Assembly (NCBI RefSeq): GCF_052425735.1
Contig: NC_135759.1
Span: forward strand, 46,314,001 to 46,378,000
DNA: 64,000 nt
Direction of reading: 5' to 3'
Origin: Oculina patagonica
Taxonomy: Eukaryota
The notes beneath the pieces are model-generated. The model ran no database searches. It worked only from the letters and a program-made list of their open reading frames with translations, and was not told the origin of the DNA. Positions 45,450-60,400 of this stretch are shown here, one piece after another. Numbering within the stretch: the stretch's first letter is position 1; each line of letters begins with the position of its first letter. A program made the position numbers and the translations under genes.

Positions 45450-48400
45450 ATGAATGCAAAAAGCCAAGAAGAGAAACCCCTCAGAGCTGACTCATTTAGA
45501 GTGCAAGAGGCTGAATGTAGGAGGACAAACGCCGCGGCACAGGGGAGGTTCGTTAGTAGAGGTGTGATCGCTACAGTGATCGCGCTGATTATAGTTCTGA
45601 GCATACTAGTTATTGTCCTGGGATCCCTGCTAGGTAAAGAAAGATCATCCAGAGAAGAGCAAAACAAAGGCAAGTAATAAGTTTAAATTTAACCTTATTA
45701 TCTTTAAAGTGTTCCAAGATGCCGAACAGATTTAAAGTTATTATGCGAATATTGCTTCTTTCACTTGTAACAAAAAAATAATTAATTTAAGGGTGCGCTT
45801 TCCTCGTTAGCTTCGAACTAAAACATACCTTGCAAAGCCAGTGCGCATGAAATGAACAATCTTGTGTATCATGCAGTAAATACTTAATATTCACAGTTAG
45901 GACGAGTGAAAAAATACGAACAGCCGCCCACAGGAAGATCTGTGACCTGAATAAAATTATGTATGCTCCATTAAACTCACTCCCTTATTCTTTGGTTCTC
46001 TTTCCTGCCTTTATTCTGCTGATTTCGTTGTATTGGGATTTTGCATACAAAGCTTTTAGAGGAAACCATATAAACTAATTATTTTGACTGTAATTTAGCG
46101 GTTCGAATTTTGAGAAATTCGATGTTTAGCTCGAGACTTGACTTGACCGCACTAAACACAGAAAGCGATTGAAATAATTACACGGATATTTGTTCTCTGA
46201 CCATATAAGCAACTGTATGAACAAAAGTGTTCATTCTCATTAAAAAAATGAACTCTAGAAATCTAAGCTGCATTCAACATGGCTCTGTACCTATACGTAC
46301 AAGAACTAAGAACTATGAATATATACAAACTTTTCTTGACGTTTCAGAAAGATTAAAAGTAATAAAAGTCGCATATCGATATTGGACATTCATTTTCAAA
46401 TAACAAGATAAGTAATGAACAATGATTTAAACAGAGGCTTCGTTTTCTTGTGCTTTTGGAATTATTCGTTTCAGAAAATAAATCGTTTTGAATTTACATG
46501 AGACAATTAGAGTTCCCAAGAGAGTAATTAAAGGCTTGTCCTTAAATGTCACGGAGAATATTTTTACTCTTGTGTTGTCAACGTTTTTGTAAAACATCAT
46601 GATCAGGGAAGGAAAAATACCTTATTCATTTAGTGGGGATCATGTATTGAAATCTGACTCGGATAAATTACGTTCAACTGACAAGATGGTTTTCCAAAAT
46701 CAAGGAAAGTTATTGTTTAATGGCAGACAAAACACTTCACCCCTCATTTAGCATTATAATAATTCAGGGCTATTTTAATTACAGTGTCGACATGTAAACT
46801 ATTAGGGCTTCCCACCTTTTTGGAAACAAGGGAACATGGTAATTTATTTTAATAGAAACAAGGGATCTTTTTGCGGGCCCAAGAGAGGCCCGCAACCCTA
46901 ATCTTGACAGTGACCAGCGGATTGCGTATTACGCGTGCGCGCCACGTTCATAAAGGTATCTGCAAACCGGAAGTTGAAAATTTTGTTCTTCCACTAAGAA
47001 CGATCGGAATGCAAAAAATGTGTCAATCACGACAGTTTGTCGTAACACCGGAAGAGAAAAATCTTGTCTCCAAGAGCGATAAGAATGCGAAAAATCAACA
47101 GTTTGTCACATTAGATCGAGGCTTCTGTCGGAAGATTGCAGACATTACGTTTTGCAGACGTTGTTTTATAAGTGTTGCTTTTGAGAAGATCTGCTGTGAT
47201 TGTATCACAGATAAACTACGGCAAAGCGAATGTTCATGGTCTGCAAAGTTACGCTGTACAATTGTTTTTCTCCTTTTTTTTTTTTTTTAATCTCGTATGA
47301 AGAAAATGGGGGGTTTTGTTTTTTTTTTTTTTTTTTTTTTTTTTTTATTCCAACAACGGTTATTGTCGAGAAATTCCTTATAACACTGACAACAAAGCGA
47401 GTTTGCCGACGGAGGAAAATCACATCTCAATTCACACCGCGTGCTCGACGAGCTCGACTACACTTCGCAAAACTGTAAATCAAAAAAACAACTCTGATTG
47501 GTTCGCGGCAATAGGAAACGATAAAAAACATTCGTGACTTAAGCGTGACGCGTTACTCGACCTTACTCGGAATAATTTTCTTTTGTTCAGTGATTTATCG
47601 ACACTGTTCGACTTGAAGTAATTTTCCAAACTAACAAAAAAACACTTCCCTCCCAGTACCTTCTCTTAGCTGCATCGAGGCCCGCACTTTCTAACCTGTG
47701 GTTACCACTAGTTTAATTATTTAGAGGAAACAATGGCTATCTTTGCTATTAACCGAATCTTTTCGTGAAAATTTTATGGGATAAAGAAAACATGTAGCCA
47801 TCCCCCGGATGGCCTCAATTATTTAAAGCTGAGCTAGTTAGACCAAGAAAACACATCACCAAGAATCCTATTAGCATCACCAGAGTATTGACCAGGCCTG
47901 TATCTATTCATGTCAAATTGATCTCAAACTCGTGTGCTGCATGTTCTAAAGCACTCGAAAACTACCAATAGGTCTGGTTAGTCAGTCACTTGTTAGGCAA
48001 GTATTTTGTTTGCACAGAAGTTTTATGAATAAACGCTTATAAGAATCAGCCGACTAATGAGAATATAGAAGGCAGGAATTTAAATAACTGCTGCCAATTT
48101 TCAATCATTATTTACTTGACGTAAACTCCCAGGAACTTCAAAGCCGAAAATCCAGGTTTCAACGTCAGTTCCCAGTCCCTCAACTCCTGGCACTGAGATC
48201 TGGTGGAATGTACGCCTGCCCAAACACGTCACTCCAAAACACTATGACGTCACCATCCTTGTTGATCTCAAGAAGTTTTTATTTAACGGTCACGTGAGTA
48301 TCGTAATTGACGTGAAAGAACCGACGGAGTATGTACTGGTGCACACCAACAAGATGACAGTGACGTCAGTGACTGTTCACCAGTCTTCCGGCGGTATGTA

Positions 48401-51400
48401 TTTATTTGGGTTATGTGTTTTATACATAAGCGGCTAGAATATGGAGGGCAACCTCACCCTGTGTCATGACCTTCAAAATTGATTGATTAGCAAATAAAGA
48501 TATGGTGAAAAAGTGCAATGAGGGGTGTTTTACATCATACGGGAATGAGGTTATCCCGATTTCCTCTCGTAGATCTGTTTTTGTTACATGATAAACCAGC
48601 ACAAAATATCACGAAGGTCGATGTACCGGGTCGAGGTTTTCTTTCAGGTACGAAAACTCGTAACAGTATCTTGCAAATGATGAACGACCGCTTGTTTTGG
48701 TATAAACTCTCGCACCAGTATCATTTAAACGATGAACGACCACTCGCTGGCTCCTGGTAGACTAATGGTGGATTTCCACTGACGCGTAATTTTTTACGTG
48801 CGTTTACGTGGGTGAAAAAATTTAGAGACAATGTATGGACGACTTGTGTACACGTTTACGCAAGTCGTTCATACATTGTCTCTAAATATTTTCACGCACT
48901 TCAACGCACGTGAAAAATTAAGCGTCAGTGGAAATCCACCTTAAAACGAATTGCGCATACGTAGGTTTTATCATCCAATCCGCGCCCTGATGTGGTAGCG
49001 GTATGAAATCAGTAAGTCATACTGGATAGAGCTCGCACCAGTAAACACGGCCCTACAAATAGACTAAGCGGAGTGTGGTTAACCCAAATCTAAGGTAATT
49101 ACAGAAATCAATCACAAAAATGAAACCAAAACAACGAGCTAGTGCGAACGCATTTACACGCATGCTCTTTTTGTTCAGACTTGCTCCAGGTGGGCGAGAT
49201 GTACAATATTTGATCTAAAAAGAATAATAGATCTACAGTATTTGATCTAAAAAACAACGCGAATTCATACGCACTCGACCATACAAGTAATCAAATGTAA
49301 ACAAAAACGAACGAAACCAAAGTAACCAACAATTCGATTTATTTCGCGACTGCCTCGGTTATTGGCGGAAACGAGGAGGAAACATGAACGTTAAGGTCAT
49401 TGCCCCGAAATAAAACTGAACATAGATTTTTAACCAAACTTCGCCTACTGGTTTATAACTCCAAGGGAACTTAAATTTTGAAATAAAAAAGGGGGTTCAC
49501 CAAATTGGTCTAGGAGCAGGAAGACCATGTACATTCCATATAATTCCTTTATAATTCCTCTGTGAGTACTGGCAATGTACACTTTTTAGCGATAATTTAT
49601 TTTTCAAACACATGAATTGATCTGTTTTCATTTTACAGAAAGAATTTGAACGCTACACCCAAAATATCAGAAAAATTGATAGGTCACCAGTCTCGTTTAC
49701 GAGAAAATGACAATTTACTTCTCTCGCGGACTAATAAAGCCCCATAGAAATAGGCCGCCATTTTGTTGATGTGTGCGCGCGCGCTAATTACGCGTAAAAT
49801 TCTGCGCAGTAAGGATGCGCAATGCAATACAGGGCAATGACCTTAAACAGATATCTTCATGGTTAATTTTAAACTCGGTAGTAAAATAAGAAAGATTTAA
49901 TACTCATCATGTCACGAGCGCGGGACAAAGAGAAAATCTGAGAACCCATAACTTCACTGTAAAAAGACATAGTTTATGTTTTATTTCCACAAATTGTTCC
50001 TGAAACGAATGAACTATAGAATGGTAAATTTTTTAGGTCAAAAGGGCTTGATTCAGAAATACACTTTTCATTTAGTATTTCTTGTGCCTGAGTTCATTCC
50101 TTTATTAGGAGAAATTGCCGTGAAGAATCACTTCCTGTTTGAGAAGAACCAGTTTTACGTCATCCATCTGACAAACTGGCTGCAACAAGGAGAGTACGTC
50201 GTCAAAATGGCGTTTGAATCTGAACTGAGAGCAGAGTTGGGAGGATTCTACAGAATGAATTACAGACGAAAAGACGGAACATTGGTGTAAGAGGCTCCTG
50301 ATATTTTAGTCTCGAGTTTAATTCTTTATTCTCTTCAACTCGACTTGGAAACGAAAATTTCTAACTCCTTCTTGACTTTGAGCCAAATATTTCTCTTACT
50401 GACTCAACTCAGCCAAGCTTTATTACAAGACATTGTAGTACAAGTAGAAATTGCCGCTTATTTTCTTTTAATTCTTTAGTCCAGTTGCGGCAACTCAGTT
50501 CTCCCCGGCAGATGCCCGTAAAGCTTTTCCGTGCTTTGATGAGCCCGCGATGAAGGCGACATTCAATGTGACCCTTGTCCATGATCCAAGTTTGATTGCT
50601 ATTTCCAATATGCCTGTTTACCACACCGAGGAAAAAGATGGATGGAGATATGACAAATTTGAGAAGTCTGTTCTCATGTCTACTTACCTAGTAGCTTTTG
50701 CTGTCTGTGACTTTCAGTACACTGAATTTACTCTGACGAATGGCGGGAAAAAGGTGTGTTACGGGAGTTGCATGTGTCAGAATGATTTGAATACTACTTG
50801 ACATATCAGCTAGACTCTACAATTACCCGGGAACTAAGCAACGGATAACAATGATTGCTCCTTTACTTTTTGAAAAGTATATGTGAGATTTTTTAACGAT
50901 CCTTGTTGATACTAAAAATGTTAATTTATTAATGAATTAACCCGAGTTGAACATTCTGATGAAAAGTCCTTTGTTCGTCAAGATGTATTTAAAAAGAAAG
51001 CTCATCGAGGGAATTATTATCTATGGTGATGTTGCGCAGTTGTTTCTTTCAAGAATAACTTAAGTTTAAAATCATGCACAACCTCGGACTGTTAAACAGG
51101 ATGACAACATGTCGGAAACGTTCAATAATGTTTTAACGTTTAATAACGGAAACGTTTAATAATTTCCAACATGTCGGAAACGTTTGGTTTTTGTTATCAT
51201 TTTAATAGTAGTTGTTTAGCCTTGTACATAAGTATTTAATCACCTTTATTCCTACATGGCTGTATTAAAAGCTAGAAGCTTGTAGCACGGTGTATTCCTT
51301 ATCGAACTGGAATCTGTAAGTGCTAGGTGTGGATGTGGAGGAAGGGAATCCCGATAAAAAGAAAAAAAACCCTCGAAACAAGGACGAAAACCAACAACAA

Positions 51401-54400
51401 ACTCAACCCACATGAACCGTCCGGATGGCTTGTAGGCTTCTCATTATTCTTGACCAGAAAAATGAAAACTAACTGTTTTTCTTCTGATTTTTGCAGTTGT
51501 GATGATGTTGACAGTATTCCGTAATTTTTTTCTCCGTTTTCTTCAGGTTAGAATGTATGCACCTCTGGAGCAAATTGATCAAGTAGAATATGCGTCCAAA
51601 ATCACAGATGAGCTTTTTACTTTTTATGAAGACTACTTTCAGATAAAATATGCATTACCAAAGTCAGGTAAGACGTCAAACAAACAAACAAACAAACAAA
51701 CTATTATATGATTTAATTAAAAGTATTACAAATAAGAAGAATGTCACGAAATTATAAAACAACCTACCAAGACTAGATGTAATTTAGAAAGGTACATTTT
51801 AAAACTATTTGATTGGAAATTTTATTAAGCCTAAATGGATAACAAAATGCTGTTTTACAATAATAGATCCAGTTACAGCAAAATCCCTTTCTCGCATTCA
51901 TCAATCGCGTATTTATATTGTTTTATGTAATCAAGTTACAAATCTGAAATATAACTTTAAACTATTGCGCAATCTCATATTTTTTTGTAGATATGATCGC
52001 TATTCCTAATTTCCTTTTTGGCGCAATGGAGAACTGGGGACTAATAACCTACAGGGATTGGAATCTACTCTTTAAACCAAATGTATCTTCATCAGCCAAT
52101 AAACAGAGAGTTGCTGAGGTCGTGTCCCATGAGCTTGCTCATCAGGTATTCTGTATAATTCAAGTCGGGAAAGACTAGTTTTCCAAGTCCTAGAAAATTG
52201 CCTGGGACCGCGGCTTTACGTTAGGTAGTCTAACGTATCCCACTTATGATACAATTTGAAGAAAAATACATGTAGATACTTTGGGTATTTGGAATCTTAG
52301 AAGAATATATGGAAATGTGATATTTGTTCTGCGATTGTGTTATAAGATACACGTGTTGTACTTTCATGTTTCAAAAAAAAAATTGACATATATCATGAGT
52401 GATGCAAATGGTTCGACCTAATCATATCTGTGTAATTATCAGCGGTTACAAGTAAGCACAATTCACTATTTCTGGTAAATATTAACGAAAGGAATAAATT
52501 GCGATGAAGTGTTTTTACAATTATAAGACTATAAGAAATACCATTAACATTTATTACCGATTCATTTTTCAGTGGTTTGGTAATCTTGTGACGATGGAGT
52601 GGTGGGATGACTTTTGGTTAAACGAAGGATTTGCAAGTTTTATGGAATTCCCTTCAATGAATTACATTCATCCGGAATGGAAGATTGTAAGTAATAAAGT
52701 TGCGCGTATGCATAAGAGCGTTCATTTGACTAATAATATATATAAACAGAATAGCTTTTCGTTTCTACAGGACGATCAAGTGGTTGTAATCGATATGGCA
52801 GCAGCGTTCGCAGCAGATGGCCTGGCAAATTCTCATCCAATCAGAATTCCTATTACAAGACCAGAAGAAATCAGTCAGATTTTTGATTCCATCACATATG
52901 AAAAGGTATTCAACAAATTATGCATGTATTCGACTTCATAACATTATGTTGTAAAAAAATGGAACAAATTAAGTTATTTTCCAAGAAAGGTCTACNNNNN
53001 NNNNNNNNNNNNNNNNNNNNNNNNNNNNNNNNNNNNNNNNNNNNNNNNNNNNNNNNNNNNNNNNNNNNNNNNNNNNNNNNNNNNNNNNNNNNNNNNNNNN
53101 NNNNNNNNNNNNNNNNNNNNNNNNNNNNNNNNNNNNNNNNNNNNNNNNNNNNNNNNNNNNNNNNNNNNNNNNCTTTCGAGTCACTTGTATTTTCTCGGTA
53201 TACACACGAGCCTTTAGGCGAGTGTGTATATGAAGAAAATACAAGTGACAAGTGGGATATTCCATAGTATACCACGAGAAAGAGTTGTGTAACTATTTTA
53301 TACCATGTCATGGAAAATATGCTTACTAAATTTCATCGAGAATAAGATCGCAGCGCACGATGGGAAGGTTGGGTTGAATACCGTCGAATATACAACGGCT
53401 TTCCTGTATTCTGATTGGCTGTATTTTCTATGTCATGGTATAAAATACAATACAATACAATACAATACAATACAATACAATACAATACAATACAATACAA
53501 TACAATACAATACAATACAATAAACTTATATGATCTTCGATCTTCGAGAGGTTTGCGTCTGCAGCCGCCAAAGTGTTTGACTACAAAGACACTTGGAGAC
53601 CGTTCCTTTTTGGCGGCTGCTCCGAATTAGATTTTATTTCACTTGACATTTACTTACCTAATTTCATATTTGTTTTCTTGTTAAATATTCTAATTTTTAG
53701 ATACTTTTTTTAGCTTTTTAATAGATTTTAGAGTACACATTGTATTTTTTAAGTATTTTTTTAAACGTAGTTTTTAGCAATTTTCTAAATTTGTAATGCG
53801 CATTTGATCATTTTTTACTGGTATAATTTGCGCACTATAAATATTAAATTATTATTATTATTATTATAAATTATTATCAGCACGCTTAACTTATAAGCTA
53901 GTTTACAGGTGCGCCCCGAAATAAAATACAAAATAGAAAAAAAGCTTCTTAAGAAATGTATAAATAAGGTTAAGCTATTATTAAGAATGAGTAGGTGTAA
54001 CAATATTTTGTCTAACTAAAAATAAAATGTAAAAATCATAAAAATATTAAAAACAGTAAAATAGTAAGAATTGTGCTAAAAACCGTTGAAAAACCGCTTT
54101 TGCTATTTGGAAACAGAATTGAACATGCTAATCCTTAAAAGATTGAACGGACAACTAGCCCTGATATGAGAATCAGTGATTTGGCGATGTAATTGGTTGG
54201 CGTTTTGCATATATTTGTAGGGTGCGTGTATTCTTCGTATGTTGGAGGCTTTTCTTGGAAAAGAAGTTTTTAGGAAAGGACTAAAGGTAAGGGAATAAAG
54301 GATACTTCTTGATTGATGTACGATTTACATGAAAGGGTAGTATGGAAAAGTTGGCTCAATTGCTTTTGAGTAGTATAAGGAGACATTTTTCGTTGTTTTA

Positions 54401-57400
54401 ATGAGATTAATTCATGTGTTCTATTTCCAGCGCTATTTAAAGAGGTTTGAGTACGCTAATGCAAAAACTGAGGATTTATGGGCAGTCTTGGGAGAGGTTA
54501 GTAAACAACTCTTGTTTGCACTTATTGAGTTTTAATAGGACAATAAGCTTAATTTAATGAAATTCGCAACACACTTTAAGAAAATTTATCGATTTTGAAA
54601 TCCCACTCTTTCACTGACTCAATTGACATCAATCACTGACTCATCAGGCAAATACTTCCGCTCTTATAGGCTGTATTTTATCAAATTTAAAGAGTGCTAG
54701 TGTTTTTGGTTTAGGACGTTGCCTTAAAAATACACGGGATAACTTCTTTTAAGCAATTTTTTCAATGTTCAGATTGTCCTTGTATCACTATAGTTTTTAC
54801 TGTTAACGTCCATGACGAAAGTGACGCAATGACAAGTTCGTTTTGTGAAATAGGTTTCAGTTCAATCTTTTAACTGACGTGAATCCAAAGTCTCAACACA
54901 GGTAGGAACTCTTTAGAGCAGTTTTCAATTGAGTGTCGTAAAACCAAAACCAAAGTAATTACTCTGGCCAATCACAAAGGACACAGACAATCCAGTGAAC
55001 CAATCAAAACTTGAAGCAAATACATGTAGCCGGCACGAAGCGCGGGAAGGCACGTGCGAGGGCGAGTCACGATTGGTTTTGGTTTTAGTTCTGATTGGCT
55101 GAGAAAGTGGCGCGAGATTTTTAAGCCAATCACTAAGCGTAGCAATGCAAAACCAAAGCAAACGCAATTAACTTTCGACACTCAAGTGAAAACCGCTCTA
55201 TTATAAAAGAAATTACCTTGCAACGTAAATGTTGGGAAATAATTTTGGGCATGTTCTGTTTACAGGAGAGCTGTGTTCAGGGAAGATGCGTCGACGTTAA
55301 ACACATGATGAACACGTGGACACTCCAAATGGGTTACCCTATAGTTGATATCAGATATTCAAGTGCTGACAAATACTTTATTTCTCAAGAGAGGTTCCTT
55401 TATTATACTGATGCCAACATCACTTCCAAGTATAAGTCACCCTACGAGTAAGTAAACTGCAAACTAAAGAAATAACAGCTAAAAGGATAGTCGCTACTAT
55501 GGAGTCATTTTACACTGCTCTGTAGCTAAAGCTTCTAGTTTACCTCGCAGAGTATGTACAGTGGTGTTTTTGTCCTACTGACATGTTTGGATTTAAATTT
55601 GTAAATATACAACTCAGTGATAAATAAATGTTGCACGCACCTCTGTTTGTTTTCATTTTGAGGATAATTAGGCAATAAGAAATACCATTAAATTTTGTGC
55701 AGTTTTCAATATTCGTTTTCTTTGCAGTTACAAATGGTTTATACCTTTTACGTACATCACATCTTCAGCGCCAAATAAAGTTTTTCCTAAAGACATCAAC
55801 ATGACATCAGGTAAGTGATGATATTTTTGTTTCGCGGGTTTACATAGTACAGTCCGAGAGTTAAGACTATTGACGTACAGTATGCCAAAGAAACATTGTA
55901 AGCCTCAGACTAAAAGAGTAAGAGTAAGGAGGTGTAGGAAAAATGATTTAACTTTTCCCTATTTATCATAGAAACAATTTCTTGGAATGGAAGTGGCTGG
56001 ATTAAAGGTAACGTTGGACAGAAAGGATTTTACAGAGTAAACTATGACGATAAAAATTGGGATGCATTGGCTAATGCTCTAAAGACTGATCACAAGGTAA
56101 TGAAAGCCGTTTAAAATATTTGAACAACATAAAGAACTGCATTGATTGACACTGAGCTCTAATTATTGGTCTGTTCAATACTTAAGGATCAGTACCAAAC
56201 AAGTTATTGTGAAAACTTACATTCCATAGAGATCGTGTAGTTTCATCATGAAGTGGTACTATGCGTTTCAGGTGTGCTTTTCTGTCTGAGTATACTAGAT
56301 ACTGCGAGATGGAATCGAGATGTGCTCCGGGGGTTAAGGTTAAAGAAGGAAGTCAGTTAATGTCTCTCGAGAAGGTCTTCATGGATAGCATTGCACTCAT
56401 GACCGAAGAGGAAGGAGGTGCTACCTAGCTGAAAAGTCTACTTAAGTGGTGCCGTGTGGGTTTTAAACCCAAGAAGTGTAGATACATACAACAAGAGCCT
56501 TGAAAGAGTCTTGGTAAATGGTGTTCTCTCTCCCTGACAGGCAGCCAACGAAGCGAATGGAGGAGGATCTCGGAGTAATACTAGAAAAGACAGGTGTTAC
56601 CAGTCTGTTAGACTGAAACCTTGTTTTCAGTGTGGCTCACTTCCAAGGTGGAGGTTTTGGAACGTAGTGTGGTGGCTACCTCAAGAGGTGGCTGGGTGTA
56701 CCAAAGACCTTAAGTGTGGCATTCTATTGTTTCAGAGCTAAACGCCAAGTCTAAGTGAGGTTCCTAGCGGAAGCTCATAAAAGCTAACCTGAATGTGTTG
56801 TGAAGGAACGCAGGAGATCCTGTGATAGATACATACTTTATTCGACCCAAAAGGGCTTTGATCAAGTCCCAATCTGATCAAGTTCCAACACCTGAATGAA
56901 GAGAGGTTGTGGAGATATATAGCCGAGGGTAGGTTGAAGGGACTATTGGAGTGGTTCAGCCGGATCGCAGGGGATTCGACTGAGCATGTGGATCGGTCTA
57001 GGAGGGTGATTTGGGTAGACATAGTGACATGGACATGGCGTCTAGCAACCATTAGGAAGACTGAGGAGGATGCGCGCGTTGCTGTTGAAGTGGATCAGAC
57101 TCAGAGGGGCACTTGAACCATTTGGGAAGCGATTGAGAACAGAAACGTTAAGTGGAAAGTCAATTAGTCCTTTGAAACTTCAAGAATCAGAAGGCCTGCA
57201 AACCATACCAACCCCTGTCAATTTGTACAACTGGATACTAAATAAATGGAGAACGCTATGCTATGTCAGCTGGAATCTTGTACTCCTGATAGGGCCACTA
57301 ATGCACAGGGCCAACAACCTAATCCTGTAAAAAAATTCTGTCACGGAAACAGCAACAGAGGATACAACTACAACTGTGTGCCGTGGCCTTTCGGAGTCAC

Positions 57401-60400
57401 CTCAAATGACACGGATGAATGGCAGTGGCGATATCCGCAAGGAAGCCACTGACAGGATTATGAAAGTCATAGGCACCAAGACTAAGATCAGAATTGGTTT
57501 TTGGAATGTGCCAACCCTGTATCAAACGAGGAAACTGGCAGAATGAGGCGCTATTACTTAAATATTCTTGGAGTCAGCGAGAACAGGTGGACAGGTTCTG
57601 GAAGAGTGAAAACATCAACGGGAGAAAACTGTGCTGTATGCTGGCAGAGTTGACAATCAACACCACGAGGGAGTTAAATGAATCCATCATGAAGACAGTA
57701 CTGCACTGGACATCCGAAGGCAGGTGCAAGCGTGGCAGGCCCAAGAATACATGGCGTCGTACAGTAGAGGGGATTTAAACAAAGCTGGAACACCATCCAA
57801 CGGCTGGCCAAAGACAGACAACAGTGGAAGAACTTTGTTGCTGCCCTGCCGCCAGTGGGCACAATGGGCAGTGAGTGAGTGACTGCTGTTGAGAGGCGGT
57901 GCCAGAGTAAAGGACCTGTTCCTTAGTAACATGTTGTTAGAAAACATGAAAGAAACAAGCAGCAGCGTACTAGGTAGATGGCTTCTCTAGTGCTTAGTCA
58001 CAATGCCTAGAAGACAAAATAAATAAATAAATAAATAATAAATATATATATATAAATTACAATATTTACAGAGGAAGCCATGCACATCCGCTCTAGCTGG
58101 TTTTAATGCGGGTCCTCTATCCAGGGCGAATTGGAATTTGGAAATGTTAGGTTTTCAGGAGGGATAAAAACCGGAGAACCCGGAGAAAAACCCTCGGAGC
58201 AGGGACGAAAACCAACAACAAACTCAACCCACATATGACGCCGGGTCCGGGAATCGAACCCAGGCCACATTGGTGGGAGGCTAGCGCTCTCACCACTGTT
58301 CATCCCTGCTCCCATCAGTACTCTCTGCTATTGGCAAATATCGTATTCTCCTCACTGGTGTTTCTACCGCATATTGTTTCCGATTTGGTGCCGCGGGATT
58401 AAAGGCTACAGAAAGATCTGTTGACAGAGCTTCTTCCTCAGTGAAAAAGCAATGGGGCCATGAGAGGAAGTTGGCTCGGTAAGCAGATTTGAAGAGTTAG
58501 TGCGAAGACCGCGAGGGTGGGTGCACCTTGTCTTAAAAATTAAAGTTAAGTGTCGTGACTTTGCTGACAGGTTTCTTGTTTGGTCTGTTTGTTTTAGTGA
58601 ATAAGCTCCTAGGGAACGGATGGGTATAATAAGACGACTGCAAGAGACTGCAGAATCTGCGTCCGCTCGGATCCAAAAAAAACAAGACATGTCCACCTAA
58701 TGATTTGAAGCCTTCTATTGCTCAGCATCCTCTTAATGGCACCTCGTTGATGCTGCTGGGGACGTTCATGCATAAGGGAACGCCTCCTGGATAGGTCCTT
58801 AAAATGGGTTCCAGCTGATGGTGGGGGTTGCCGAACAGTGCCTTTAGGCACATTGTATACTGGTTCTTGTAAAATCATAAACAGTTATACCTACAGAAAT
58901 AAAATATAAAGTACTTGAAACCCACCTTTTTACGTCTACATAAAATGTACTGAACAAACCCGAAATCTAAGGTCGACCTATTTATATAAAAGCTTTGCAA
59001 TCAACATGTTAACATGTTGACATGTCAACATGCAATCAACATGACTTATGATGTGTAAGTTAAATCTGCCAATACACAAAAAAATTTAAAATCGTCGCGA
59101 ACAGGGAAAATGGCTACGGTGGGATCAAACGTCATTTTGTAAATTTTTACCTTGATAACTTGCATCTGAAGTCTAATCTCTTATACTAGTTGTACCTATC
59201 GGTAAATGCCAACGAGCGAAATACTCATGTTTGTTCATAAGAACAGATATTGAATGGTTTTTGATAGAACTATATTTGAAATGACCAAAATATGGTAAAT
59301 TGTATTTTAGGTAATATGCGAAAAAAGTGCTATTTCTCTGGTGTTCATAAATGACACAGGCTTGATAACCGTAGTTTCCAGCGCGCGTATTCTCGCGATC
59401 GCGCACTCTTTTAAACACACTAAAAAACGTACACAGATGTCTGCTACGCAGGCTACGGGTTTGACAGATTGATAACTCTTCACAAATCTTTAAATTCTTT
59501 TCAACGTTAAAATGTCACAAAATGTAGGCAATAAATGAGGTTTAATCACTGTTTTTTAAATACAACACGCGATGGTTAAAATGTTTCCGTCCACAAAAGG
59601 GGTAGTTGCATTTCAAGAACTTCTTATAAATCAAATCCCAAAATCAAAACTGCTAAGATGCTTTTTTTAAAAATAATTTTCAGTAATCAGAGACAGTAAT
59701 GCACGGGTCAGATTTCAGTCTCGCATGCGAAGTGTCATGTTCAGTTACGCAAAACTTGAAAAATTTGAACAGAAAACAAAACTTGAACGGTCAAGGATTA
59801 TTTGGAGACAAAAATTTTATTCAAGTTAACATAACATTTGTCGTTAGAAGCAAAAAACTTTTGACTTTCTTGTGTGTATGACATGCAGTAATTTTAATGA
59901 GCGTCGCTTTGTATTGATGTTATTCCTACGCGGAGCGAAAATGCGTGCCAAATAAAATATAAACGGTATTTGATTTGGAATAAATCATCGGTCAAACAAT
60001 TACTATAAACACAATCAACACTAAATTAAAAAGGAAGTATTTACCCGACTTCAGCATTCTCATAAGTCAAGAAAACTCTATTTGAAGTCAACAGCTGGCT
60101 TTTGATTTTCATGTCTCTCTTCGATCGTAAATCAAAGGACTCCAAAGTCGAAAGATTATTTCATCGCTTTGAAGACCTTGATTTTCATTTTTTCGGCGGT
60201 CGAATATTCTGTAGGGTATTCTCTTTCGATTTATAATTCCCTAAAGGTGTATTTATCGGTAAAGGGATGAATGACCACATTGAAAATTTTAACAGCGAGC
60301 CGCGTGGACGCCATTTTGGTCATTTGCTCTCTAGCAAGGAGTGAGAGACTGGGAACCAGTTGGGAAGAACAATACAACCCAAATATGGGGTTTACTTACA

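Noticed and set aside
58240-58313. tRNA gene
   Set aside because: A and B boxes are the head of a SINE with core and tail; no convincing cloverleaf.
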